The notes under the pieces: generated by a model
Seen by the model: only the letters and a program-made list of their open reading frames with translations
The model's database searches: none
Told to the model about the DNA's origin: nothing
Translations under genes and position numbers: made by a program
Assembly: GCA_029865195.1 (NCBI GenBank)
Contig: JAOUHH010000002.1
Location: forward strand, 1 to 37,967
Direction: 5' to 3'
DNA: 37,967 bases
Source: Desulfobulbaceae bacterium
GTDB lineage: Bacteria; Desulfobacterota; Desulfobulbia; Desulfobulbales; UBA5123
Shown: piece after piece, positions 23,781-33,341 of the stretch
Layout of the letters: each line of letters starts with the position of its first letter
Numbering within the stretch: the stretch's first letter is position 1

Positions 23781-24196
23781 GCATCGAGACCACCATTGAC
23801 AGCCTGGCCAAGGGGTTGGTGGCGCGGCTCAAGGGCTTTGCCGGCCTCACCGCCCTGGTGGGCGCCAGGATCTACCTTGGCACGGTGCCCCAGGGCCAGC
23901 CCAGGCCGGCGGTGACCTTGCAGTTGGTGTCGGTGGTCCCCACCGGTGACATGCGCAGCCATGAGTGCGAGCGCAGCCGCTGGCAGGTGTCTGCCTGGGG
24001 CGACACCTACACCCAGGCCAGGACCACGGCAACCCAAGTGGTGGCGGCGCTCTCCGGATTCTCCGGCAGCCTTGGCGGAGTGGCCACTGTGCAGCAGATA
24101 TTTTTTGACGACCAGCTTGAGATAGCCGAACGGCCGGACGACTCGGACGGAGCCGGCTTTCATCATATCCCGACCGACTTCATGGTCTGGTCGTAA
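23777..24196 (+). CDS. Tail completion protein (DUF3168/gp11-like)
   Basis: Position and the pattern L..LTALVGARIY.G.VPQG.PRPAVTLQLVS. Confidence 0.65.
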   Translation: MSIETTIDSLAKGLVARLKGFAGLTALVGARIYLGTVPQGQPRPAVTLQLVSVVPTGDMRSHECERSRWQVSAWGDTYTQARTTATQVVAALSGFSGSLGGVATVQQIFFDDQLEIAERPDDSDGAGFHHIPTDFMVWS

Positions 24197-24217
24197 CCAT
24201 CACAGAGGGGAACAGCC

Positions 24218-24919
24218 ATGGGAGTTTCATACAAGCTCGGAGTGGACGCCGCAATCGTCCTCAAGTACGGCGGTGCAGATCAGGCGGTAATCAAGGGGCT
24301 CAACCGGATGGGGCTGCCGGGCCTGCTGCGCGAGGTGATCAAGCTCAACGAGTTCCGCGTTGACTTTGCCGTTGAGGTCACCGGCGAGGGTTCGCACGGG
24401 AGGTTCACCTTTGGCGGCAACCTGGTCACCGGCGACACCAAGGGTCAGGACCAGTTGAAGCAGTACCTCAAGGACAACACCAAGTTCACCGACTGCCGCT
24501 GGTATCTGGACCTGAACGACTTCATCGCCCCGGACCTGGCCAACGACCCGGACAACGCCGGATTCCAGGTGAGCAAGGTGGAGCCTGGAGAGGCGCAGAA
24601 AAACGGCACCTTCCCCCTCTCCGGCGAGATGGTTACCAACGGCCTCTACTGCTACTTTGTGGCCCACCAAACCGACGACGCCACGCCCACCATGGCCTTT
24701 GTCACCGGCACTCCGGCCACCATCACCGACTCCGGCAGCGGCTTTGTGACCTCTGGCTTCAAGGCCGGCCAGACGCTGATCGTCGAGGGCTCCACCTCCA
24801 ACGACGGCCAGTACCTTATCGCCAACGTGGCGGCCGGCACCATCACCCTGGCCACCGGCGAAACCCTTGCCAGCGAGCCGGCCGTCGATGGCACCGCCCT
24901 GCACGGAGGGAAGCTGTAA
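24218..24919 (+). CDS. Major tail (tube) protein
   Basis: 233 aa, immediately upstream of the G/G-T chaperone pair and the tape measure gene. Confidence 0.75.
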   Translation: MGVSYKLGVDAAIVLKYGGADQAVIKGLNRMGLPGLLREVIKLNEFRVDFAVEVTGEGSHGRFTFGGNLVTGDTKGQDQLKQYLKDNTKFTDCRWYLDLNDFIAPDLANDPDNAGFQVSKVEPGEAQKNGTFPLSGEMVTNGLYCYFVAHQTDDATPTMAFVTGTPATITDSGSGFVTSGFKAGQTLIVEGSTSNDGQYLIANVAAGTITLATGETLASEPAVDGTALHGGKL

Positions 24920-25338
24920 TGCCCAAGATCATCAAGCCCCGTGAAATGTGGTTTGAATGGCCCGAGGATCCGTTCGGCGGGCGGATCCTCGTCCGCCACC
25001 TCAAGGCTGGGGACACCGCCGGCATCCACTCCCAGTGCATGTCGGCGGTGAACAGCTACGACGCCGAACTGAACACCGTGGAGGTTACCCAGCGGCACGA
25101 CCTGGCAAAGGAGCGGCAACTGACCTGCCAGGCAGCGGTGGTGGACTGGGAAAACTTCATGGGTGAGGACGGCAAGCCCATGAAGTGCGACAAGGCCGGC
25201 AAGCAGGCCTTTGCCATGGAGGATGGGTTCTTTTCTCAGCTCCAGGCGTTTCGCGGCCAGCTCTCCGACCTGGTGGATAAGGAGGAGGAGGAGGCAATAA
25301 AAAACTTGTCGGCTTTGCCGTCTGGCTCTCCGGCGTAG
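24919..25338 (+). CDS. Tail assembly chaperone G
   Basis: 139 aa and acidic. Precedes the tape measure gene and contains the slippery site near its 3' end. Confidence 0.8.
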   Translation: MPKIIKPREMWFEWPEDPFGGRILVRHLKAGDTAGIHSQCMSAVNSYDAELNTVEVTQRHDLAKERQLTCQAAVVDWENFMGEDGKPMKCDKAGKQAFAMEDGFFSQLQAFRGQLSDLVDKEEEEAIKNLSALPSGSPA

Positions 25339-25718
25339 GGCGGCAAAGCTGCGATGAGTGCCGGGAGACGTATGAATCCCACTCCCGGCAACGGCCGTAT
25401 GAAAAAGGGGCGGAGCCGGCGCCGGAGCCTCCCCCCTGCTCCACCTGCAAGCCTGCGGTGGTACACCGCCAGGATCACCACCTGGCCCTGGCGGTGTACC
25501 ACCGCTGCAGCGACGACATGCAGTACGCCGAGGGGATGCCGGTGGGGATTGCCGGGACGGCGATATCAAACGCCATGACCGAGTGCGGAGTGGTGAAGGC
25601 GGACCGGCTCTCAATTTATGACCTGGTCAAACTGATCGGCCGCACCATCGCCGGAGAAGTGGCGGACGACCACAAGCGCAAAATGGAAGAGGCCAGAGAT
25701 GCCGCAAGTCAACCATGA
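24919..25718 (+). CDS. Tail assembly chaperone G-T fusion (via -1 frameshift at 25299-25305)
   Basis: The -1 frame after the heptamer reads LVGFAVWLSGVGRQSCDECRETY...CSTCKP...KMEEARDAASQP and stops at 25718, overlapping the tape measure start. Confidence 0.7.
25299..25305 (+). promoter_or_regulatory. -1 programmed ribosomal frameshift slippery heptamer A_AAA_AAC
   Basis: In the G frame the codons are AAA (25300) and AAC (25303). The -1 frame is open from here to 25718. Confidence 0.75.
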
Positions 25719-28161
25719 GATGAGATTCAACCTGCGGGTCGATGATAATGGGTCAGTTACGGTAAAACGGTTTGCTGATGACTCTGATACTGCCTTCAGG
25801 AGGGTTGAAAAATCTGTCAACCGCGTTTCATTGCAGGCGCTGCCCGAGCAAGATAGGGCATTGGAGGCAACCAAGAGGAAATGGTACGCACTACACTCCG
25901 AAGTGGTGAAGCTAGAGAAGGCCGGCCGGATCAGTAAGGATATCGCCGACCAGTGGCATGACGCGCTGGGGCGGCGCATGGCGGATGATCTGGACCGGCT
26001 CAAGTCACGCGGTTCTGAAACCTTCTCGGCCATCGCCAGCCACGCAAAAGCCGCCATTGCTGCGGCGACGTTCGCCGCCGTTACCATGGCCGGTAAGGAG
26101 ATCTACCAGGCCACCATCAACATGGAGCGGATGCGCAACGCGCTCAAATCCGCCACCGGTTCGAGCCAGCAGGCTGCCGAAGAAATCTCATTCCTTCGGC
26201 AAGAGGCAAACCGCCTCGGCCTCGACCTGCAGGCGGCCGGCAAGGGGTTTGTGACCATCGCAGCCGCTGCCAAGGGCACAACGCTTGCCGGGGCCGGTGT
26301 CCGCGCCATCTTCTCTTCGGTGTCCGAGGCGTCGGCGGTGCTGGGGCTATCTGCCGACGACACCAACGCCTCCCTACTCGCCGTCTCCCAGATGATCAGC
26401 AAGGGCAAAGTGAGCGCCGAGGAGCTGCGCGGACAGTTGGGCGAGCGGCTGCCGGGCGCCTTCCAGGCGGCGGCCAGGTCCATGGGGATGACCACCTCGG
26501 AGCTCGACAAGATGCTCCAGAAAGGCCAGATCATGGCCGACGACTTCCTGCCCAAGTTCGCCGCCGAGCTGCACAAGACCTTCGGGCCTGACCTGGAGAC
26601 AGCGGCCGGCCGCTCAGAGGCAGCCTTTAACCGCCTTACAAACTCAATCACCGACCTCAAGGTAACCATCGGAGACAGCGGCGTCGTAAGCGGCCTGGCC
26701 GCCATTGCCAATCTCATGGCAAAGTCGATTGGCGGGTTTAACTACCTCCTCGATAAAACAGGTGACCTGCACAAGGGCCGGGAGATGTTTGCTGGCGAGC
26801 AGCTCGACAGGTTCATGGATGCTGATCTGGCCGAGCGCCGCCGGATGATCGAGCAGGAGACCAAGCGGCTGGAAAAAGCAAAACTGAAGGCCGCCTGGGC
26901 AGCAAAAAATATTCCGTTAAACAACAGGATAATGAGCGAGTTTACCCCTGTTGCAAGTTCTCCATTCATGCCGGATGGGGCAATAGAATCTTTCGGTGTC
27001 TCGGAACTCACCGACGAGGCAAAGAAGGCAGCCGAGGCAAGCCAGAAGCTGGCCGAGCGGTGGGCTGAGATCGAGCGGAAGATGCGGCTTGAGACCGCCA
27101 AGTCCAGCCTGGACGAGTACGAGCAAAAGCTCCTGGCCATCACCGCCGAGGCGGAAAAGCTCCGGGCAGATGCCAAGAAGGAAGGCTACCATGGCAGCCT
27201 GTGGTGGGTGGACCAGTGGGAATCAAGCCAAAAGTCCACCGCCGCCGCCGACAGGCAGCGCAAGGCCATGGAGGAAGTGGCCAAGCTCGCCAAGAAGTAC
27301 CGCGACGACGACGCCAAGGCCAGGGCCGACGAGCTGCGCGACATCGAGACTTCCCGGGCATCATGGGACGAGATCACCCTGGCCACCCTGCCCGAGCATG
27401 CTCAGGCCATCGAGGGGGTGCGGCGGCAATATAACGGGCTGCTTTCGAAGCTCGACGACCTGCAGGCCGCCGGCAAGATCACCATCGAGGGGGAAATGGC
27501 CCTCTGGGATGCCTTGTCTATCCGCGAGGCGGCAGCGCTGTCCGAGTTGACCAAGGCGAACGACGCCTATTACCAGGGGATGAATGAAAAGACCTCGGCG
27601 ATGAGCCAGTTTCAGATCGAGGCCTACCGCAACATGGAAAATGCTGCCGAAAAGTTCGTCAAAGACGTCCGCACCGGCCACGGGGACATCCTTTCGTCGT
27701 TCACCGACATGCTCAAGGAGATGGCGGACAAGTGGATCGCCAACCAGTTGATGATGGGGATGTTCGGAAAGGAGTTCGGTTCCGGCGGCGATCTGGGCGG
27801 GCTCATCGGCCTGGGGCTGGGGCTTGTCAAGGGCGTTGCCGGCTCGGCGTTCTCGGCGGCCACCGGCGCCACCTACAGCGGTTATGGCTTAAACGCCAGC
27901 AACGATCTCTCCGACGTGGCAGGAGGGGCGAGCCTGACCGGTAAATTATTGCCGTCGTTCGACGTCGGCACCCCGTATGTTCCAAGGGACATGGTTGCCA
28001 TGATCCACAAAGGGGAACGAATCATCCCGGCCGCCGAGAACAACCATGGGGCTGGCGCCACATTCAATTTCAGTATCAACGGCACTGACGCCAAACTCGC
28101 CGCCCGCCTTGAATCTCGGATCCGCGACGTTGTCCTCCAGGAACTGCGGGAGGCTTCGTGA
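25699..28161 (+). CDS. Tape measure protein (820 aa)
   Basis: Long, Ala/coiled-coil-rich sequence. Conserved TMP block QAAGKGFVTIAAAAKGT...LLAVSQMISKGKVSAEELRGQLGERLPGAF. Gly-rich hydrophobic segment near the C-terminus. Confidence 0.9.
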   Translation: MPQVNHEMRFNLRVDDNGSVTVKRFADDSDTAFRRVEKSVNRVSLQALPEQDRALEATKRKWYALHSEVVKLEKAGRISKDIADQWHDALGRRMADDLDRLKSRGSETFSAIASHAKAAIAAATFAAVTMAGKEIYQATINMERMRNALKSATGSSQQAAEEISFLRQEANRLGLDLQAAGKGFVTIAAAAKGTTLAGAGVRAIFSSVSEASAVLGLSADDTNASLLAVSQMISKGKVSAEELRGQLGERLPGAFQAAARSMGMTTSELDKMLQKGQIMADDFLPKFAAELHKTFGPDLETAAGRSEAAFNRLTNSITDLKVTIGDSGVVSGLAAIANLMAKSIGGFNYLLDKTGDLHKGREMFAGEQLDRFMDADLAERRRMIEQETKRLEKAKLKAAWAAKNIPLNNRIMSEFTPVASSPFMPDGAIESFGVSELTDEAKKAAEASQKLAERWAEIERKMRLETAKSSLDEYEQKLLAITAEAEKLRADAKKEGYHGSLWWVDQWESSQKSTAAADRQRKAMEEVAKLAKKYRDDDAKARADELRDIETSRASWDEITLATLPEHAQAIEGVRRQYNGLLSKLDDLQAAGKITIEGEMALWDALSIREAAALSELTKANDAYYQGMNEKTSAMSQFQIEAYRNMENAAEKFVKDVRTGHGDILSSFTDMLKEMADKWIANQLMMGMFGKEFGSGGDLGGLIGLGLGLVKGVAGSAFSAATGATYSGYGLNASNDLSDVAGGASLTGKLLPSFDVGTPYVPRDMVAMIHKGERIIPAAENNHGAGATFNFSINGTDAKLAARLESRIRDVVLQELREAS

Positions 28162-28538
28162 TGGCGGTAACCAGAATGAGCCTGGACGGTTACACCTTCG
28201 CCCGCAACCCGCCGGCCGCCGGGGTTGGTGACATCGCCACCAAGGGAAAAGCGGCGGCTGTGGTGCAGACCTACTCATCGGCCGACGTTTTTGAATGGCC
28301 GGCAACCATTGTCGGCAAGACGGTGACCCTGTCATGGCCATTCATCCCGGCCGGCCAGCACACCACACTGGCCGGCAAGTTCGAGGCCCCAGGCAGCAAG
28401 GTGTGGAACCCCCAGGACGGTACCGGGAAATCCTACAACGTCGCCATCATCGACTACCCGGGGACAAGCTGCAAGCAGTACAACGCCGAGTTTATGAAGG
28501 ATGTCACCCTCACCCTCTTCATTCTCTCCCAGGTGTAG
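28158..28538 (+). CDS. Small distal-tail protein (126 aa)
   Basis: GTGATG start overlaps the TMP stop. Call rests on position only. Confidence 0.6.
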   Translation: MMAVTRMSLDGYTFARNPPAAGVGDIATKGKAAAVVQTYSSADVFEWPATIVGKTVTLSWPFIPAGQHTTLAGKFEAPGSKVWNPQDGTGKSYNVAIIDYPGTSCKQYNAEFMKDVTLTLFILSQV

Positions 28539-28541
28539 GCA

Positions 28542-31500
28542 ATGGCGCTCACCCTCTCCGCAGAGCTGCAGGCAGCACAGGACGGCCAGGCACACCGCCC
28601 CATCTGCGAGCTGATGAGCCTCTCCATGACCGAGGCGCTGCCCCTGATCGGGCAGGCGCTCACCAGCACCACCACCGCTGCGGATCCCGATGTCTTTACG
28701 CACTCAAGTGGGCGGCTGCTTGCGGTCTACCAGAACCATGTGGCCCTGAAGGACACTCTCCACTACGTCTACACCGACGTGGCCCGCACCGAGTTCACCA
28801 CGGTGACGGCGGTGACCATGGGCGCTGACGGCGACACCATCGAGGATATCGCCATCGTCGAGCTGGTGGGCGGCAACGTCGGCATCCTCTACACCTATAT
28901 CTCCGGCACCACCAAGTACCTGGTTTACGAGATCATCACCGTAACAGGCACGGCGGTGTCCACGGCGGTCATCACCTCGTGGTCTACCGCAACCTACTGG
29001 TCGGACGGCCTGGACGTGATCCGCCTGGCCAACGACACCTACCTGGCCGTCTATTGCAAGTGGGACGGCTCCGCCTATCAGATTTACAAACTCACCAGCA
29101 GCAACTTCACCGCCTGGACTGGCCCCACCGCGCTTTCCATCGCCGGCCTGGACGCCGCCAAGAAACGGCGGGAGCCGTCGTTGACCCAGATCGATACCGG
29201 CGAGGTATGGCTGTGGTTCGGCTATGCCGAGGCAACCGGCGCCACCGGCGAGATCTTGAGCAACGTTTACCACTCAATTTCGGCCGACAACGGCGCCACC
29301 TGGGCCGCGGCCGTGAAGTTGACCGCCTATGACGGATATGGCGCCATCGCCCGCTATCCGGTGGCGGTCCAGAAGGCGGCCAATCAGCAGCACCTGATCT
29401 ATACCGAGGTAAGCGGCTCTCTGAAACTGGAGAACGACCTCCTCTATGGCGGCTCCATCGACTACACCCACCCGGCCACGCAACTGCATTATGACCCGGT
29501 AAGCGGCTACCTGTATTGCATGGTCACCCGCTATGTCAACGATGCCCTGGCCGAGATCAACACCACGACCTGGGCTGTGGACAGAATCTGGAAGGCCGGC
29601 AGTGTGCCGGCCTGGAACAGCTTTTATAGTGTTTGGGAGCCGCTGGCCTGCACCAACGCCCTGGTCGGTTCCGGCCGCTACCGGCCCTTCTCTTCCCGGG
29701 GAGCGCTGGGGATGCTCAACGCCACCACCAACGTGTTCACCGACTACGCGTTTGACGACTATACCTGGTACGACGGCGACTATTACGGCCTGTCCAAAAA
29801 CGTCACCGGTTACTCTGTCCCGGCCAGCTACAGCACCACGGTCAAGGCGGCCCTGGTGGACGAGACGAGCCGGCGGCTCTACGTGTTCCTGCGCCAGGGG
29901 TATTCGATCCTCTCCGAGACCTTCTACGAGTTCGGCTGGATAGATCTTGATTCGGCCGGCCCTAGCCACACCTGGAACAAGTCCTTCGAGGTTGGTTCGT
30001 TTTCGTTGTCCGGCGGGAGCGACTGGGGGTCGCCGATGTACGACGTCTGCATCGATCCGGATGCAGACCTGATGATGTGGAGCAGCGGCAGCGCCAACTG
30101 TGAGTTGGTTGTGTTCTCTATTGCCGCCGGCGCCAGGCTCCGGCGCTACACCAATTCCGGCTACCCGGATTTCCCCTACGGCGGGATCACCTCCATGGTC
30201 CACGTCGACGGTTATGTCTATTTTACTTTCGTCTACAACGCCAGCTACAACCCGGAGTCGCGGGGGCTGGGCAGGATCAGCCTGACCGACGACACCGTCA
30301 CCTACTACCGGCCGACCTGGGCGACCCTGGACAGCTACGGCCTGGGGAAAATCACGGTGATCGATTCCGGCGCCAAGCTGATGATCGCCGGCTACTACGG
30401 GATCACCATCTTTGACGTGGTCACCGAGCAGTGGACGCTCTACGACAACGCCGCCATCCCGGGATTGACCGGAGACGGGGCAGACCAGTTTATCTGCGCG
30501 GTGATGGATGAGACCTCGCGGATGATCTACGCTGCCACCGCTGGCGAACAAACAACATGGACCGGGTTGGTGGGTTTTCTGGAGGCGGGGTTCATCCAGT
30601 GGCCAAAGTACCTGCTGGGCGAGTACACCACCTCCTGGGCCTGGGCCGCGGCGCTGCCGTTTGTTTCCGGCCACACCGACGGCGATGTGTCGGTGTGCCT
30701 GGACCCTGACGACAACTCTATTTTTGCCTTCTGGACTCACTACGGCAGCGACACCAGCGATATCTGGTGGGACAAGGAGTCCGCCGCCATGGACCTGGCG
30801 CCGCTGCTGATCACCGGCACCGACCTGGTGGCCGAGTGGAGTGTGGACGATTCACCCAACCGGCTGAGTTTTGAGCTGTCCCACGGGCACCTGTTTGACC
30901 AGCACAACAGCAACTCGCTGTGGCGGCCCTACCTGGCCAAGGGGCGGCGGCTGACCCTGCGCCAGGGCGAGACGGTGAGCGCGGTTGACTACTGGGCCAG
31001 CCAGGGTAAGTGGGTGGTGACCGAAACCGCCCTCAGCTACAAGCGGGGCGATTACCCGTCGGTGCGGGTGACGGCGCTGTGCGACCGGGAGTTTCTGGCC
31101 CGCCACCAGGTGGTGGCGTCGGAGTATCTCACCTATCAGCCCGACGCCGCCATCGAGCAAATCGTAACGGGCGAGATGGGCTGGGACGCCGGCATGCTGG
31201 ACATTCCGGCGCTGGCCGGCGGCTTTGTGCTTAACACCCAGTTCGTCCACACCTCGGTTGGCGACATGGTGGACACCATCGCCAATCGGTTCGGGTACTT
31301 CGCCATCATGGGCATGGACGGCAAGCTGACCCTGCGGCCCATCACCGTTGATGGCGCCACGGCGCATGCCTACGGCGACACCACCAAGCTGATTGATTTT
31401 ACCCCGGACGACACTTTCAGCGACTTCACCAACCAGGTCACCGTTACCGGCGAGGAGCAGGACTACACCCAGGGCATCCTGGCCGAGGAGCAGGTGGCGG

Positions 31501-32249
31501 AGCGTAACGGCACCATGGGGTGGTGGGGGTGCAAGAATACCATCCGCATCTACTACAGCGAAGACCAGCAGCGGCGGTGCATAGAGCCGCGCCTGGAGCA
31601 GGTCGAGATCCCGGCGCCCCTGTTCGGGCTGGCCGGCAGCGTGAGCGTTTCGCTTTCCGCCTCGGACCCTGGCTACCAGTGGGTAGAGATCACCATCTCG
31701 GCGCCCGACCTGCGGCCGGCCCTGGCGGCGGCCCTGGCCCTGTACCTGGTTGGCAACAAGATCCCGGACATCGCCCCATCCACCGGCGGGCCGACCTGGC
31801 CGGTGGGGCGCTGGGCCGAGAGTGCCGGGCTGATGGCCTGCATGATGATCCTGGGGTCGGTCGCCAACTGGCAGTTCAGGATCCATGCCGCGCCGTTGAG
31901 TTACTTCCGCAGGTCGGTGCAGGCCACTGCCGACGACCTGCTTTTCCAGGCCCAGATCGGGCAGGTGATCGGGCAGCAGATCGACGGCTGGTGCTGCTAC
32001 TCGCAGTCCCACTGCCAGGAGGTGGCGGATTTTGAGCTGCTCCTCCTGCAGTTGCAGCGCCGCCGGGTGAGGTTCAGCAAGGTCGGCCACCTGCAGGACG
32101 AGGTCGGCGACACCATCACCATCAAGCACCCGTACACCGGCGCCACCATCAAGCTCTTTGTGGCGGCGCTGAAGCGCATCTACCGGCAGCCGGAGGCCGG
32201 CAGCACCGACGGCGGCCTGGTCGACTCGATAGAGGGGTGGGTGCTGTGA
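28542..32249 (+). CDS. Large tail-tip protein (1235 aa) with an N-terminal Asp-box (BNR/sialidase-like) beta-propeller-type region
   Basis: Asp-box SADNGATW is encoded at 29280-29303. Repeated blade-like strands occur in the first ~700 aa. The C-terminal half is in the usual position of a tail-tip/host-specificity protein. Confidence 0.75.
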   Translation: MALTLSAELQAAQDGQAHRPICELMSLSMTEALPLIGQALTSTTTAADPDVFTHSSGRLLAVYQNHVALKDTLHYVYTDVARTEFTTVTAVTMGADGDTIEDIAIVELVGGNVGILYTYISGTTKYLVYEIITVTGTAVSTAVITSWSTATYWSDGLDVIRLANDTYLAVYCKWDGSAYQIYKLTSSNFTAWTGPTALSIAGLDAAKKRREPSLTQIDTGEVWLWFGYAEATGATGEILSNVYHSISADNGATWAAAVKLTAYDGYGAIARYPVAVQKAANQQHLIYTEVSGSLKLENDLLYGGSIDYTHPATQLHYDPVSGYLYCMVTRYVNDALAEINTTTWAVDRIWKAGSVPAWNSFYSVWEPLACTNALVGSGRYRPFSSRGALGMLNATTNVFTDYAFDDYTWYDGDYYGLSKNVTGYSVPASYSTTVKAALVDETSRRLYVFLRQGYSILSETFYEFGWIDLDSAGPSHTWNKSFEVGSFSLSGGSDWGSPMYDVCIDPDADLMMWSSGSANCELVVFSIAAGARLRRYTNSGYPDFPYGGITSMVHVDGYVYFTFVYNASYNPESRGLGRISLTDDTVTYYRPTWATLDSYGLGKITVIDSGAKLMIAGYYGITIFDVVTEQWTLYDNAAIPGLTGDGADQFICAVMDETSRMIYAATAGEQTTWTGLVGFLEAGFIQWPKYLLGEYTTSWAWAAALPFVSGHTDGDVSVCLDPDDNSIFAFWTHYGSDTSDIWWDKESAAMDLAPLLITGTDLVAEWSVDDSPNRLSFELSHGHLFDQHNSNSLWRPYLAKGRRLTLRQGETVSAVDYWASQGKWVVTETALSYKRGDYPSVRVTALCDREFLARHQVVASEYLTYQPDAAIEQIVTGEMGWDAGMLDIPALAGGFVLNTQFVHTSVGDMVDTIANRFGYFAIMGMDGKLTLRPITVDGATAHAYGDTTKLIDFTPDDTFSDFTNQVTVTGEEQDYTQGILAEEQVAERNGTMGWWGCKNTIRIYYSEDQQRRCIEPRLEQVEIPAPLFGLAGSVSVSLSASDPGYQWVEITISAPDLRPALAAALALYLVGNKIPDIAPSTGGPTWPVGRWAESAGLMACMMILGSVANWQFRIHAAPLSYFRRSVQATADDLLFQAQIGQVIGQQIDGWCCYSQSHCQEVADFELLLLQLQRRRVRFSKVGHLQDEVGDTITIKHPYTGATIKLFVAALKRIYRQPEAGSTDGGLVDSIEGWVL

Positions 32250-33331
32250 AGAGCATAGGTCTCAGCCGCAAGCGGTTTATCCGCCAGGGCGCCCAGCAGG
32301 CGGTGGCCGCCCGGCGGGAGACCTTTTGCGCCGTGGTCTGGGATGTGTACCCGGCACAGCGGTACTGCCGCTGCAAGATCCAGGGCTCAGACACCTATGT
32401 GGTGGCCCATTACCCGGAGAACTGGACCGCCACCCCGGAATACCTCAAACCCGCCAACGGCGTGATCCTGGAGCGGGTTGGCGGGATGCAGGGGCGGTTG
32501 ATCGTGAAGAGCCACGGCGTTATCCGCCCGATCTCGCCCACCGGGGCCTCGGCTCCGGCCCTGGCCACCCCGCCCGACTGCGTGTTGACCGGCCTCTTGG
32601 TGACGGAGATCCCGGCGCAACTGCAAATGGCGGTGTTTGTCCGCACCGGCACCATCCGCATCGGCGGCACCACCTACACGGTGGACGCCATCGCCATGAG
32701 CGACACGACGCTCCTCACCATGGCCATGGAGGCGCCCATCGAGGAAACCGCCGCGGTGCTGGCCATCGGTGCGGCGCCGGCGGTGGGCCAGTGGCGGTAC
32801 GACCTCGTCTCGGTGGGGGCTGATCTGGCTATCCATGTCACCGCCGGCACGGCGAGCAGCAGCCCGGTGATGCCGGACCTGCCGGCCGGCCACGTCAAGT
32901 GCGGCCACGTCCTGGTGACCGGCGGCATGACCGAGGTGACCAGCAGCGCCATCGATGTCTGGTGGGTGGCGCCTGCCCCCAGCCTGTTGACCGTGGCCAT
33001 CGCCGACGACGACCTGGCCTGGGGCGAGTTGAGCACCACCGTGACCGTGGCGGTGGAGGATCAGTATGGCCACTCGATTCTGCAGAGCGGCAACGGCTGG
33101 TATGTGACCCTGGCCATTGCCACCGGCAACGGCACCATCTCGTGGGGAAGCAGCTCGGGCACCAGTGTTGAGGGGTATAGCGGCGCGGCCAGCAACCAGG
33201 TGGTGTTCACCTACACCAGGGACGGGCTCGACCCGGGCGACGTGAGCCCGACCTTCAGCATCACCATGGATTACCTGACCGCCTACGGCAACATCATCCT
33301 CCGCGACGTCGGCGGCGACATCATGACCTAA
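32246..33331 (+). CDS. Tail-tip/baseplate-associated hypothetical protein (361 aa)
   Basis: GTG at 32246 overlaps the upstream TGA (GTGA), with GAGGGG 8 nt upstream; the ORF track starts at 32237. Confidence 0.7.
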   Translation: MKSIGLSRKRFIRQGAQQAVAARRETFCAVVWDVYPAQRYCRCKIQGSDTYVVAHYPENWTATPEYLKPANGVILERVGGMQGRLIVKSHGVIRPISPTGASAPALATPPDCVLTGLLVTEIPAQLQMAVFVRTGTIRIGGTTYTVDAIAMSDTTLLTMAMEAPIEETAAVLAIGAAPAVGQWRYDLVSVGADLAIHVTAGTASSSPVMPDLPAGHVKCGHVLVTGGMTEVTSSAIDVWWVAPAPSLLTVAIADDDLAWGELSTTVTVAVEDQYGHSILQSGNGWYVTLAIATGNGTISWGSSSGTSVEGYSGAASNQVVFTYTRDGLDPGDVSPTFSITMDYLTAYGNIILRDVGGDIMT

Positions 33332-33341
33332 GGAGGCCCGC

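Noticed and set aside
18318-25614. Other large antisense or alternative-frame ORFs: 18318-19058, 19691-20398, 21238-22311, 23543-24166, 24227-24904 and 24652-25614 (minus strand)
   Set aside because: Each lies wholly within a well-supported structural gene on the plus strand and has Arg/Gly/Pro-rich shadow composition.
29274-32129. Long minus-strand ORFs (488 aa at 29274-30740 and 425 aa at 30852-32129) inside the tail-tip gene
   Set aside because: They are antisense shadows of a 1235-aa gene with strong coding bias. The translations are low-complexity (G/R/P/V/H) with no plausible starts or SD sequences.
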